NCBI GenBank assembly: GCA_037447605.1
Contig: CM074821.1
Coordinates: 806,001-870,000 of the forward strand
Length of the DNA: 64,000 nucleotides
Direction of reading: 5' to 3'
From: Zygnema circumcarinatum SAG 698-1b
Lineage: Eukaryota > Plantae > Zygnematophyceae
Part shown: positions 11,438-31,189 of the stretch, piece after piece
Numbering within the stretch: the stretch's first letter is position 1
Layout of the letters: each line of letters opens with the position of its first letter
Notes under the pieces: generated by a model
Told to the model about the DNA's origin: nothing
What the model saw: only the letters and a program-made list of their open reading frames with translations
Databases searched by the model: none
Made by a program: the position numbers and the translations under genes

Positions 11438-13969
11438 ATGGCTGCCCTCCGTGCTGCTGCTCCCTCCTCCCTCCTCTCTCCCCAACCTTCTCCCGTCCTC
11501 CAGGTGGCGCAGAGTTCTTCAAACAAGGCATCTACAAATGGAGGAAGGCATAGTAGGGGGGGCAGTCTCTCCATGGCGTCTGCTTTTACGCGAAGGGATT
11601 CCCTCCTCAGCCGCCATAGCGACCTCTCCGGGGGCCCCTTGTGGGGACAAGTGGAGTCTCTCTGGAGGGCAGCTGACGGTGCTCCGCGGCGAGGCGTGGC
11701 CACCATGGTATGGAAAATTAGGGTTTGGATGAGGGTTGAGGGGGTGAGGGGTTGAGGGGGTCTGTTCGAGGTTAATGTCAGGGTTAGGCGTAGGATAAGG
11801 TAGGGAGCTAGGGCTGGGCCACCAGGGGTCGGTTGAACTTAGGGGGTAGGGGTAATTTGGGATTAGAGTACGAATTAGGGTTGATGTAAGTGGAACGGTT
11901 ATGTTGCTGTGCATTTTGAATCGCATTACGTAACACTTAATTGTGCGGGGTGTAATTGATGAAGTAGGATTTGCTGTTTCTTTGTTGTGCTTTGCACTCC
12001 TTTCACTTCTTTTTCGTCTGGGTGTGCCCAATTTTGGGCCTGCATCACTCAGACAACAAGAAAGAACTTTTTAACGAAAGTTGATATTCCATGTTAGCGG
12101 TGTTTGTCACGACGGAAAGCAGAAGTGAATCCCCTTTTTTTTAGCGTTAAAATGATGAAGCAAATAGGTCATTTCACGAGAACTGAGTGCTCCTTTCATT
12201 AGTTTCTGCTCTCTCTCTCTGTCTCTCTCTCTCTCTCACCCTCTCTCTCTCGCTTGCTCTTTCTCTCTCTCGCTCTCTCCGCGTGCCCCCACTATCTCAG
12301 GTTATCCCCTTCCAACGTGGTGAAGCCTTCCAGCAGCCTCCGCCTGACCTGCCCTCTTACCTCTTCAAGAACCGCATCGTCTTTCTCGGCATGTCACTCG
12401 TCCCCGCTGTGACGGAATTGATTATGGCCGAGCTGCTTTACCTGCAATATGAGGATCCCGATAAGCCCGTCTACATGTACATCAATTCCACAGGCACTAC
12501 TAAGGTTAGTAGCACCTCCAACACTTACTCTCTTGCAAAAGGAAACGAAAGGATCATCTGCAAGGCCGATGGAGATACATACATAAGGTGTCACTTGTGA
12601 AAAAGTCTGTATGTTTTTGGAGTTTTTCCTCAAGCATTTTTCGGGGCTAGGGTTCAGGGGGGGGAGAAGCTTGGCTACGAAACAGAGGCGTTCGCTATTT
12701 ATGACACGATGCGGTGGGTTCGAAAACCACCCTAACATGGCTGCTATTTGATTCCTTAATCAAATCTCGCAGTTCAGGGTCACTGTCCTGAATTGAACCC
12801 ATTCGGCGTTGGGTGGTTTTCTATTCCTGAGCAGTTATGTTAAGCCGCCGATCTTCACTTTAGCTATCGGAAATTCGTGGGGGGAAGCTGCTCTGCTATT
12901 GGCTGCTGGTTCAAAGGGAAATCGGTCTGCTTTGCCGTCCTCGACCATTATGATGAAGCAGGTCAGCTGCAAGTTGACCCTTTGTGACCGACTGAGGTGC
13001 AGTTGGCTGAATATTATTTTAAAAGCAGAATTCGAATACGTAATTGGTAGTGTCTTGGATGATATAGATTATATAAAAGTAGGCCCTTCGCGTCTTGTGA
13101 AGAAAAAGAGGAGTTGCTGGTCCACTTGTCACAGTTACCCGGTATCTGTGTTGACTGACAGTCTATTACTGTGATGTGGTTCTGCACTTGGTCACAGCCC
13201 ATCGCAAGGTTCAGAGGGCAAGCTACCGATATCGACATCCAGCGAAAGGAGGTCCGGAGTGTAAAAAATGAGCTAGTGAGTGCCTCCTTTCTCATCTCCC
13301 ATACACAGACCCTTTTCTCTCTTTCTCTCTTCCCCCCCCTCTCTCTCTCCCTCTCTCTCTCTCATCCCCTCCCCTCCCCTCCCCAAGTTGCACTAGGAGT
13401 GTTTAGTGCAGCCCAGCAGTTATGCTTCAGAACTCTGGCCATCATGTGCTCCCTTTCCCCGTATTATCCTCAGCATTTTCTGCTTTCCCTCCCCTCGACG
13501 CCTGGTGGCTTTCGTTCAGTGTTACATGATGTCCAGGTTGTCTTCCCAACTGAGACCATGGAATTCCGGGTGTGCAGGTGAAGCTGTATGCGCGCCACAC
13601 GGGCCACTCGGAGGAGAAGATTGAGAAGGACATTGAGCGGCCCAAATACTTCACACCGCACGAAGCCGTTGAATATGGAATCATTGACAAGGTCAGCTTT
13701 ATTCAGAACCTTGGCTGCATTCATTGGAACAAGGGACGCTTCATATTGACACCCCCTCTCTCTCTCTCTATCTCTCTCTCTCTCTCTATCTCTCTCTCTC
13801 CCTCTCTCTCTCACTCTCCCTCTCTCCCTTTCTCCCTCTCTCTCTCGCTCCATCTCTCTCTCTCTCCCTCTCTCTCTTTCTCTCTCTCCTTCCACAGGTT
13901 CTGGACACGGAGAAAGGTGCCAACAGGGGCGTCGTTGATGCCCTACGAAGAAAATCGCTCATTTCGTGA
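11438..13969 (+). CDS. CLPR4: Chloroplast Clp protease non-catalytic subunit ClpR4, multi-exon
   Basis: A transit-peptide exon (11438-11707) is followed by VIPFQRGEAFQQPPPDLPSYLFKNRIVFLGMSLVPAVTELIMAELLYLQYED, GEKLGYETEAFAIYDTM, YVKPPIFTLAIGNSWGEAALLLAAG, PIARFRGQATD, RPKYFTPHEAVEYGIIDK and VLDTEKGANRGVVDALRRKSLIS*. Confidence 0.92.
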
Positions 13970-14347
13970 TAGGGATAGTTGCCATGAAGGAAACAAAGAG
14001 GTGTTTTTAATGAACTGGCGGAAAAAGAAAGAGAAAAGTTTGTCCCAATCTTGTACAGATTCTATCGCCGTTTAACTACTGTACAACAGGCACGGAGCAG
14101 GGCTCCATATGGTCTCCTTGGAGGAAGCTTCAGTGCCTATTGTGTTTCACCTCAGAATTGTGGCATGAATACTTTTCTGGATATAAAAAATCTTGAAAAA
14201 GGGGATATTCCACTAAGGGAATCTCAATGTTCTACGGTTTTTTACAAATAAATTCAGAAAAAAAATCCAAATTCTTCGCAAGGGCTATTCATAGATTCAA
14301 GGCGAACGAATAGCAAAAAAAATCCTGATACAAACTACTGCAATATA

Positions 14348-16875
14348 CTAGAACCAATCAACCCACTTGTCTGATTTTTTTGCCTTCCGTTTCACTGTCC
14401 GCTCTCTCCCGTTCTCAAAATTTGCCTTCGCAATGTATCCATAAAATGTGTTGGAGAGTTCGGAAACCGACCATGCTCCCGTCACCATCCTGCCACAGTC
14501 GTACCACATAATGAACCGCTCCCATAAAAGTGGAAAAAAAAAAGAAAAGGAAAGGGGACTGGAGGGAGCGCCACTAGTGATCACTTTCAAGTAGATGAAA
14601 GCAAAGGTGATGAGGTCAGCGGAATCACTTGCCCACGTAATTCACATGCATGGAGGAAACTTCTACCTTGACCAGCCGAACTGAAAATGGCTAACTAAGA
14701 GCGCATCTGCCCCACACCTGTCCAGCATCTCCTCCAGGATTTGGCGCTGTGGAGGAGTGAGGTAGTGAATGCAGCGCTGTGGGCATTGTCCCACCGCGAG
14801 GTACGTCTCATACTCATCGAGGCCTGCAGGTTCTTATCAAGAATTCCACAAAAAACAAGCACTATTAACTCCTGGGGTGCCTTATTTCACCCTATTTCTG
14901 CCTGCTGAAAACACCTCAATAAGGGAATCGTTACTAGAGATGACAGAGATTGAAAGCTTCCAACTCGTCTTTGCTGCGGATGGAATGCAGGTCTTAGTGA
15001 CTTATTATATGTATTCCTTTACACATACGCTAGCATCCTAGTGGAGTCAAACAAGTCTCTCATGCTTCCTTTCCCTCCCTCTCTTCAACCACCACTTCAT
15101 CTTTTCCTGTCTTCTGGTGGATGAGCAGAAGGCATCCCTCAGGTTCCTCAAAGTCTGTGCGCGAACTCACCTTGTGCATATGCTCTTGCTCGTCCCGTTT
15201 CATCTGAGAATTGAAACGTTCGAGGAGCTCGTGCCACACAACTGTACGGGCAGCCTGGATGCACATGTATTGAATACACAAATTTCACGCACAAGCTAAA
15301 GCTAAAAACCGAAAATGGAAGAGAAATAGGTTCTATAATCGGAACTGTTTTGTCCCATGGAGCACAATTTAACTGGAAGGGGAAATAGGAAAGACCCTAA
15401 GGCCGCTCTCACCTCTCCCAAGGCAGCTCAGCTCGTCCACAAAGACATCCTTGGCTTCTTCCTCCGGCTCTTCGAATGGGTCGGAATTCCTCTTCCTGCA
15501 GCTCGCTCTCTCTCTCTCTCTCTCCAGTTCGTTAGATAGAGACTCAGTGGAACTGAAACTCAGCTTTAACAGCTTAAATCTCTTTGGTTTGCAAAAGCCA
15601 AGACCTCCGGTTGGAAGCAACGCTCTTCATTCCTCGCTCTCATTCTTCACTCCAGCATCAAAGCTAAACTTAAAAAAAGAAAAACTTTATCAAGCTGTGT
15701 AGTTATTAGCTTGATAACTCCAGGAAGACAAGTATGTCTTTCCTAATGTTCACTTGAAAACGGGCTCTTTTCCTACAGAGCAGTAGTGGGAGAAGTGATC
15801 AAACACCTTGTGTAGACTGAGCGTTCCACCTCATCAGTCAACATCTGCCATACACAAAGCAATAGACGTCAGAAGGTTGCACTCCGTCATGAGGCCTTTT
15901 AGGGGTAAAATTTTCAGACTACTAACAATTTTCATGATATCGTTAAATTTTACCGTTTTGGAAATATCTGAGGTGTGCCATTGATTGGAAATAGTTTGAG
16001 TACCTCGTATGCTTGAAGGAGGCGCTGGGTGATCGCATTTGCGTCACTCTTTCCCACATATACATCCGGATGAAACTCTTTTACCTGGGGCCAAAAAGGC
16101 TTAAGCGTCAAGTCCATTATCTCCTAGCAGCTACAAGTACAGAAGCATATAGAAACGCATCTCTACTGTGCGTTAAAGAGACAGTGCGTCCTGACGCTCG
16201 AAGTCTCACAAATCTATGATCTACATTTTATGCCCAAAGGAGCAGGAATACCTTTAACGCTAGGTCTAGAAATAATGTAGTTGGTGAACGAATGCATACA
16301 TATGGATCTGAACTCCATCAAATGAGTGCGTACCAGCTGACCTTAGCGCGAAATGCGGCCTTTATATCTTCGGAAGTAGCATCTTCCCTCACTCCGAGGA
16401 CTTGATAAGGATCTGCTTGTCTCAGCCATGCTGGACTGCCTGCTTCCCACTCTGAACTTGACTCTCCCGGCACATTACTAGCCTGAACTCTAACCCTCAC
16501 TTTCCTTTTTCTCCCCCAAAAGCTGCAGCACTTGAATCCCATCTGCTTCACAAACATAGACTGAAAGGATATCCCGAATGAAAAGTAATGCGGAACGCGA
16601 GGAAGCAGAACAAGCTTTCTCTCGTAACTTCTATCAAACCCTGAAACTGAACCATTGAGCATATACCGAGCACCATATGATAAATCATAATGCGGGTAAA
16701 AGCGATATCTATTTGATATTCTTCTCATTGCGCCGTGGAAGGTAGGAGAACAATTAGGGTTACAGATGCTTCTCAAGCAACTAGAGTTACCAAACAGCTC
16801 AGAGGTTGTAGGCTGCTGCTGCTTCCCGCCATCAGAAACGACCTTCACGCTGCCGCAGGTCGACAAAGCAGCCAT
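14348..16875 (-). CDS. Chloroplast type-C J-domain protein with a ferredoxin-like 4Fe-4S domain (DJC82-like / CDJ family)
   Basis: Transit peptide, then J-domain (DPYQVLGV...IKAAFRAK / VKEFHPDV, carrying the HPD motif), then DPFEEPEEEAKDVFVDELSCLGRG / CPYSCVARAP / AVGQCPQRCIHY, ending AKANFENGR...KWVDWF*. Exon phases are consistent. Confidence 0.85.
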
Positions 16876-17478
16876 GGCGGCTCGAGGCCTCCTCCTCCTC
16901 CTCTGCTGCAACCATTCACTCCCAGCTGGAAGCCATGGCTGGACCTTTCGTGCAGGAAAGAGAGGGGCGGCGTCCACGTCAGATGTCAAGAGCGACGTGG
17001 CGCAATATAATTGGCCGTTTCTGCCACGTGGCAAATAACTGCGTGCGCTCGTCGTCCGGTTTATAGAAACTTGAAACCAGGTGACGGGCAGGTTTGTCGG
17101 AAACAAAATGGGGTATATCTGCTGGACTGCCAAAACTTTTTTTCTCCTAGTTTGCACGTGTCGACCACGGATTGGAGAGTTGAAGGTTTAATTAAAATTC
17201 TTAAAGGTTCGAAAGCTCGAATGAAAAAACCGGGACGGGTTTTTTGGAAAAAACTTGGGCGGGGCCGTTCGAGGCTCGAGCGCCCGCCGACAAATCCAAC
17301 GCCGACTTGGGCTGAACGCTTTCCGCGAGAGCGACGGCGGATCCTGGAGCGACACGTGGCAGTCTACTTGGAAGTCTTGCTGGGCCAGTGGCCAATCATA
17401 GGGGTGATAACTGCCATGTAGACATAAAATATGATGACGTGGCGTCCTTGCCACTTGTCAGCTCCCCCTGGACACCCC

Positions 17479-17551
17479 TTTCTGGAAAGCTCTGGCAGCG
17501 ACCTCTCAGGGCTTCTCTCAAGAGATAAAGAAGCCATGGACTGAAGCTTCA
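17479..17551 (+). promoter_or_regulatory. Candidate heat-shock elements upstream of cpHsp70
   Basis: TTCtgGAAagCTC at 17480-17492 is a 3-unit HSE with one mismatch, and tGAAgcTTCa lies at 17542-17551. Both are within the DJC82/Hsp70 divergent intergenic region. Confidence 0.45.
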
Positions 17552-17778
17552 GACCGTTCGAAGAGATATCAAGCCGGCGGAAATTTTTCAATTCTTGATA
17601 TTCGCAATTCGTACACTTTAAAAAGGGAATAAAAGGTGTATTGGGCGAGTATCTTGGCGGTTTTCCTGTCTGTTTTTTGCTGGAGTTTTGGAGTTCTTAG
17701 CTGTTTGGATTCCTGAGAGAATTCAAGCTCCTTTCCAATATATCACTGAAGAAAGGAGGTTTTGGTGTCAATAGGGCG

Positions 17779-23468
<5,690 letters not shown>

Positions 23469-24284
23469 TGTGAAGGTGGCGTCGTGATGTTGGGCATGAT
23501 GGCACGTGTGGGTGGGGTTGAGCTAGAGATTCTCAGGGACGAGGGGGGGAAGGGGGGAGAAGAGGGGGAGAAGAGGGGGAAAGAGGCTGCTAGATGAGGA
23601 GATTTCGCTTGTTCATAGGGAAGAGTGGAAATTTCTGACCGCGTTGTTAGTTACCGCGTTAGAGTTTTGTTTTCAACAGCAGAGTGATCAAGATAGCTTT
23701 GACGTACGACCACTGTCCTGACCCCCGTAGAGGGAGAGGGAACGGCCGAATAATGAACTAGCAAGGTGTGGAGGGCACGTAGATAGACTTACGTTTCAAT
23801 TTTGTTTGCTTCAATTTCTGTACATAATGTAAATTGTGTATGAGAAAGAGAGAGAGAGGAGAAGATCTGTTACATGATCATCATTTACAATTAGTGATAG
23901 TGAACTTTATGAAAAATAGTTGCAAGGATTGTTGGCGTTTTGGGACGTTTTGTAGTGCAAATGTCGTGTCGCTTTTAGTGAATGATTTGTAGCTCCGTAG
24001 GAAGTGTGATTCTCAGCGTGCCAGGCAGTGAATGTGGTCCAAATCCGGTCCAGGTTCAGCGTGGCAGGCGGTGAATCTGCCCAGTATCCCCACCTCTTGG
24101 AGAGAAACTCTGAAACCCTACAGAAATCTCAGCCCGAAAATGAGGAAGCTGCTTACATCAAAATTAAAGGCAAAGTTACATGTACCTGACCTGCTTGAAT
24201 TCCATTTGAATTCAAATCTAATTGTAACGGATACTTGCATAGAAACCCTCACTGCGCCATTTTGACGCCATAAAGAACCCCTCT

Positions 24285-27200
24285 CTATCTACCGCCCATC
24301 ATCACCTTCAATTGCCGCCGGTGGAAAAACTCCGAAATTTTGCGCCACACATGCTCGGCCTCGGGCAGCCGCAAAAAAAATATTGTTGCCGCGAAGACGA
24401 GCAGCCCCGTGAGCCCCGCCAGACCCACAACGGAAGTTTCCATGACCCAGTTCAGTCTGCACGGACCAACAAAACGGAATGTTTCGTTCCATGTTGATTT
24501 TGTATCTCATGGAACGGCAACTGGACCGTTCAACTGAATTGTTCCACAAGGAAACCGTCTAGAGCTACTGGAAGTAACTGCCACATGGAATACAAGTCTT
24601 GCACAGTTTCTTTCGCATTGACACTCAAATCTTTTGCCCACTGAATATGAAAATTTCAAGTTCTGTGCTATTAGGGTTTTGACAGTTCTACGGATTACCA
24701 ACAGGTCCTCGGATTTCAGAGATTCTATGACTTTGAAAAACCGAATCATAACCCTAAAAGCTCTCAAAAGAGGAGAAGGGAGGAAGAAAATGAGTGGAAT
24801 TGTTCACCTGGCGGAAGCCATCATTTCCCAACTCCAAAGTGCCGATGTTATTGATGAGAGAAATCTGAAGGTGAGGTGAGTGCAGAGAGCTGAAAGGAGA
24901 CCTCCTCTCACAACTACCGAGATCGGCTGTACCCACTCTCGCATGTTAAGGCCTGCCACGAACAAAGGAAGGTGCACAAGTTTACATGTTTAACATTAGA
25001 GCAATTTTTTTTCAGAAACATTAGGGAGGAGAATTAGCTCACTCTTGAGCTTGAGAATAGCTCTGTTGAGGATAGTTAGGCTCTTGAAAACCTCAACAAA
25101 GATAGAAGACTGAAAAGTCATTGTTATAGTTTCCTTGTTTTCTCCCCCCCACAATCTGCTGCTGCTTTTGGGACATCTCCTCTCTCCCTTCAATCACACT
25201 CACCCCTCGCCTTCCCCCCTTATTCCTCTCTCCCCCACTACCCCTCCTCCCACTCCCCCGCTCTCCCAATCTTCCCTTCCCTATCCTCTCCCTCCCTCTC
25301 CCTCCCTCTCCCTCTTACCCCCCTCCGCCCCCCTCACAAACTCCAAACCACCCCCTCTCCAAAAGCAGCCTAACCTAAGGTCTACAACACAATCCACATG
25401 GAACAGCGTTCACCTGAGAGCCGTTTGGACAAAATTCCGAGCAACGCAACTGCAGAAATTATGTTGACAAAGAACGTGGCACAGACGAGGCCCTCCGCCC
25501 CAAGGCTCAGTTTGCGGACAAGGAGCCAATCCAGAACTGCGTTGGACGCAATAGCGGCAACGCTCACATAGAACGGCGTTTGGCCATCTCCCAACGCATA
25601 GAACACCCGTACGAGCACATCTCTCACGAGGTAAGCGCTTGCCCCGACCACATCTGGAGGGAGGAGAGGAGAGGGGGGCGGGAGGTGGGAGAGAGAGAGA
25701 GGGAGAGAGAGGGGAGATGAATAGTGGGGAGGGCGAGAGGGGCGAGATTGAAGGGGAGAGAGTGGGGGGGGGGGGGAGGGAGGAGGAGAGGGAAGGGAAT
25801 GAGAGGAGAAAGGGGCGAAAGAGGGAGAAAAGCAGAGGAAAGGCTTAAAGCGATTTTTTATATTGATAGTTTCTTTGGGTCAGTCAGCCAGTGCATAATT
25901 GATGCATCACTTTAACGTCTTTTACTCTCCTTCCCCTCTCACTCTCTCTCCCCGCTCCCTCCCCTTCCCTTTCTCGTCCTCCCTTCTTTATCTCCCCACT
26001 CTTCCGCCTCTCTCTCCCCTCCTTTCCTACTCCTCTCCCTGATCTCTCTCTCTCTCCCTCACTCTCAAACCCCTTTTTCCGATCACTCCCTCCTGTTCCT
26101 TTCTCCACCATCTCCCCCTTCGCCCTCCTCTCCCACCTTCACTCGTTCCCTCTCTCTCTCCCTCCCACTCTCCCTCCCCCTCCCCCCCCACCCCTCCTCC
26201 CTCCCACCTCCGCCCTTCCCCCCCNNNNNNNNNNGGAGGGAGGGAGGGAGGGGAGAGAGGGAGAGGAGGGAGGGATGGGAGGGAAGGAGGGGAGGGAGGG
26301 GAGGGAGGGGAGGGTGGGGAGGGAGGGGAGAGAGGGGAGGGAGGGAGGGATTTGCTGAATTGGGGACGTTTACAAGGCATACATTTGCAGGCCTTGCATC
26401 ACTTTCACCTCTGCCGCTTTCTGAGAAGTTTCAAACTCTGAAGACTTGAGAGCTACAAGAGAGAGAGAGAGAGAAAGCGAGAGTTACCGCGGAAATGACG
26501 ATGCCTTGTCGTATTCGAACCTTCAGCTCGTCCCACTGCTCGGCCTGCACCACTCCTCGCCTCCAAACTTGCTCACAGGTTTAGGGCATGAAACCCAGTA
26601 CTCAATTATCCATAAAAGGTGCATCCAAAAGGAATTATTTAGGGTTCAAGTGCAGTTCTTGCAATGTCAAGATAAACTGAAATGGATTTTAAAACTTTAA
26701 AACTTTTAAATTTTTTGGAATTGTTACCTGTGCGAGACGCGCATAGAGAGGGAGGATGGGGACAAGCAGAGAGGTGGAGAGAATGCCAAGTGGGGCCATC
26801 ACAAGGAGGTTCGCATCTGCATAAGAAAACTCCTCCTTCAGCTCAACCTCAAGTCCTAAAAAAAAAATAATGAAAAAGATAAAAAATGCTAAAGATTTTA
26901 AAAATTCTATCGGTCCTGAAAGTCTGAAGGTCTGAAATCCGCGATGGAAACTAAAAAACGAACTAAAAACGTGAATTTCTGGAGTGAGTGGCTGAAGCTC
27001 TGAAATTGCAAAAGAGCTGGAAATGCTACTGAAAATCCGAAGACAGACTGAAATCCCTAGAGGCCCTGAAAAGTTCTGAAGTTCGAGAAAAGCAGATTTC
27101 TATTAAAATGGACAAAGCTACAGCGTTTAGAAAATGCGCAAAGCACAGTCAAGCAACCTGCTTGCTGCGCTGAATGCAAAAACCTTGTAATCCTTGTGTG

Positions 27201-29577
27201 TGTGCGTGCGTGTGTGAGAGAGAGAGTGAGAGAAAACGAGAGGGAGGGAGAGAGAGAGAGACGGGAGGAGGAGGGAGATGGGGAGGGGGAGAGAGAGAGA
27301 GAGAGAGAGAGGGAGAAAGAGAGAGAGATAAGGGAGAGAGAGAGAGAGAGGGAGGGAAAGCGAGTGGGAGAGAGAGAAGGGGAGGGCGAGCGAGGGGGAG
27401 AGAGAGAGAGGGGGAGGGACAGAGAGAGAGAGGGAGAGAGATGTGTACAGCCAAGAGCAGCCGCTGCACTGGGGAGGAAAGAGGCAAAGTAGAGGTCGGT
27501 GTAGGTGGCTATTTGCAACATTCCTGAGCCGATGCTCGCCGGCAGGAGAATGCGCATAACCTGTGCGGGTTTAGGGTTCAGAAAGGAGGGCAGAGGAAAC
27601 TAACTGCTTTTGAGCAAAAATCTCAGTTTACGCGAGTGACAGGGTTCAGACATTGGGTGGAGAAATGGTTGACTTCTATTAACAGGGCTTCAAGGTTCAA
27701 CTCCCATGTTTTTGTTAACCACTTCATGGGTTTTAGTGTTAGTAAGAAACCGTGACTTGACTTGGTTTACATAATAACTTAAGGGTGTTGCTTTATGCAT
27801 TCAAGTTTGTACATTTTCTATGTATTTTCTCGCACAAGTCCATTATAGAGCCCCACCTCCGCAAGCCCCTTATCATCTCTCCAATCCCTCCATTCCCATA
27901 TTCTTTCGCGATGTCTCCTTTCCGTCCTCCTCTGCACAAAAACCTGAATTCAAAGAGCATGGAAAATCATTCCTTTTCAGTTTTTACTACTATAGTCATT
28001 TTTTTTTTGGAGGAATTTGGAAGATTTGGGATATTCAGGTTAGAGATCTTGAATGGTTTGGGCTCCCTTAGGGTCTCTAGAATGTTTCATTTTTAGGGTT
28101 TTTAGGGTTATTATATAAAGTGATATAATATGCATGTATACTCTCTCCCTAGGGAGTATGCCAAGAGCAGTTTTCCCCTCTTTCTTCAAACAGATCCAAA
28201 AACAAAGCTATTATAGATATCCGTAAAATCCCAGTTCAAAAGATGTTACTTCCTTGTCTGCTTAACTGAACCCAACTGACATAGATTCGGCTGCAAATTT
28301 CTGTGGTGCATACATCTGATGCAGATGTACGTTATCTTGAAAACACTTGATTCCAATTAGACCTTCATTTCTATAATGAAATTTTCCATTTCTACTAGTA
28401 AAGAAAAATTTTCCATTTCCCACCTGACTTAGCCACTGCAACATCGCGCCAACTGTCATACCTCCGGCGAGAATCAACCCGCCTGCAAACTTCATACTTC
28501 ATCAGAAAAATCCAAATCTCTGTACGGATTAGGGTTTAGTGGTACGGATCAGCTTCATAAGGTTCTTCCAGGCTTTCAAGTTATGTGTAGAGTCTCTCAT
28601 CTGATCTGTTCTCTCATGGGCATGATGATGGGAGGGCTGGGATGCATGCATGCATGCATGCATGTATGGATGTATGCTCTCATGCCTGCCATGAAGCTGC
28701 GAGGACTGGAGACATCCGCTCCATAACGCCACATGTGAACGGCCACCTTCACATACAAACACATGGAAACACATGGAAGAAGACTGAGACAAATGAGAGC
28801 GTGGGAAAGAAAGGTCGAAAAGGAGCGCAGGAGGGAGGGAGGGGGAGAGGGAGAGAGAGTGGGAAAGAGAGGAAAAGAGAGAGATAAGAATAGTAGTGGA
28901 AGAGAGAGTGAACTCACTCCCAGCAGAACAGTGAGAGAGGAGAGAGAGGGGCTCAGAGAGGGCAGCGCATAGACCTGTGCAGCGCTGCACCCGCTTGCTG
29001 CCAACACCAAGTCAAAACAGGGTTGGAGGGGTTTAAGAGCTGCAGGGTTCAGGGATTCAGGATCAAAACTTAAGCATCCAATTCGTCTATTCTGTCTGCT
29101 GCTGAATTCTTACTGGTGGAATCTCTCAGTCGAGGAACGCAGAAGAAAAGCCAAAAAATGATCTTTCCCAGTGGGTTTTTAGGGTCTTTAGGGATTTTGG
29201 AGACTTCATCTGTGAAGTACGACGCTTTCAATTGAACTAAGGCGGAGACATTCATGTGATAAGAACGCATAGCAACTGTGTTTGTACATTTCAAAACGTT
29301 TAGAAAAGCATATGTCTTTTCAGTAATGCAGGCACAGGGTAAAATGGACGTTGGTAGTCCATTGAATATGGAGGGAGAGTTGACTTTCATAGTGGGTGCG
29401 AGAGCGGGGAGAGAGAGAGAGAGAGATGGGACTGGGAGACAAGGGGAGAGCGAAGGGAGGTCGATGATGGGACGAAGAGTGGGTGTGGCAAAGGAGAGAA
29501 GCGGTAAACGATGCTACAAGATGGGGATTGAGGGAGGGAACGAGGGCTGTTGGGTGGAGGGTGGGAAGGGGGGAGGG

Positions 29578-29645
<68 letters not shown>

Positions 29646-31110
29646 GAGAGAGAGGCCCACTTGAGGCTGCCGAAGCCGACTCCAATGAGTGCCGCGAGCA
29701 GGACGCAGGGCGCCATAATACGAAGCTGGTCCGGACCAGGTTCGGACAAGCCCCGAGCCACATTAGGGTTTTAGGGTTGTCGGGTTTTAGGGTTTTAGGG
29801 TTGTAGCATGTTAGGGTTGTGGGGTTTTCTGCGACAGCCGGAAATGGAAACTGCATCCTTCTCGCTCCTTTTCCCATCCTCTAAGAGCTCCCTAAAAACC
29901 CTAAAAAATCCTGCATCCCCTCAAACCCTGTCAACCTATAAACCCTAAAAAAGCCCTAAAACCCTTAACGGCAGGGGCTCGGCCCTTTGTCGGACACGTG
30001 GCAGCACCTGATTGGCGGCGATGGCGCGCGCGAGGAGGCCCTCTCCAGTCGCCGCTGCGAGCCTGCGCGTTCAGTGCAACGGTCAGTTCAACTGAACGGA
30101 ATGAAACGGAACGGAACAGAGGGGGACTGAACAGGACAGACAGAAGGGAGAGGAAGGAGAGGAACTGAATCGAACTGAACTGAATTGAACTGAACTGAAC
30201 TGAACTGAACTGATCTGAACTGAACTGAACTGAACTGAATTGAACTGAACTGAACTGAACTGAATTGAACTGAACTGGACTGAACTGAACTGAACTGAAT
30301 TGAACTAAACTGAACTGTGCTGAGCTTAACTGTGGAAAATAAGAGAAAGAGGAAGGAAAAGACAGAAGCTGCTTCTGATTTACAAACATGTGTTATAGCA
30401 AGTATAAAACGCTACTTGTGGGAGGAAAAAACAAAAAACCAAAAATTGTGACTGTGACTTCAATATGGAAAAAGAGAGTGTCCACATAAATTTAAAAATC
30501 TGAATTAGCTTTTATGATGGCGTGAACAGATTGGGGTCCTCAGGGAGCGGAGTGGAGAGATATTCGGACATGAGTGAAGTGAAGAATGTAAGTTTTCTCT
30601 GATTAAAAAAAGCTCTTCCTGAAAAATCTGCCAGCGAGGCAGCTTCCATATATTAGGGAGAGAAGGGGCTTTAAGGACCGCTTACCCGGGGGCCAAAATG
30701 TCGATGATGGCAGGGGCAAATGCAAACACAGCGAGGGAGAGAAAGAAAAAGACCTGCGGAGAGAGAGAGAGAGGGGGGGTGAGAGAGAGAGAGCGCGAGA
30801 GAGAGAGAGAGAGAGAGAATCATCAGCAGGGTCCTTAGCAGAAACCATGGAGAAGGAGAGAGGGATGGTGGGAAGGTGTGGAGGGAGAGAGGAAATTCAG
30901 AGAAAAGGAGATATACGCATACAGGCACACATAGGGAGAGACGGCAGTAGAGGGAGAGAGTAGACGGGAGTAGGAAGAAACGAGAGAAAGAGAGAGGGAG
31001 GACAAAGTATAATGGGAGAGAAGGAAAGGGAGAGGAAAACTGAGAGATTCCAGAAAAGAGACAGATATAGCCATCAGCAGAACTCACGCAAACTCTTGTT
31101 TTCTCTCTTC

Positions 31111-31189
<79 letters not shown>

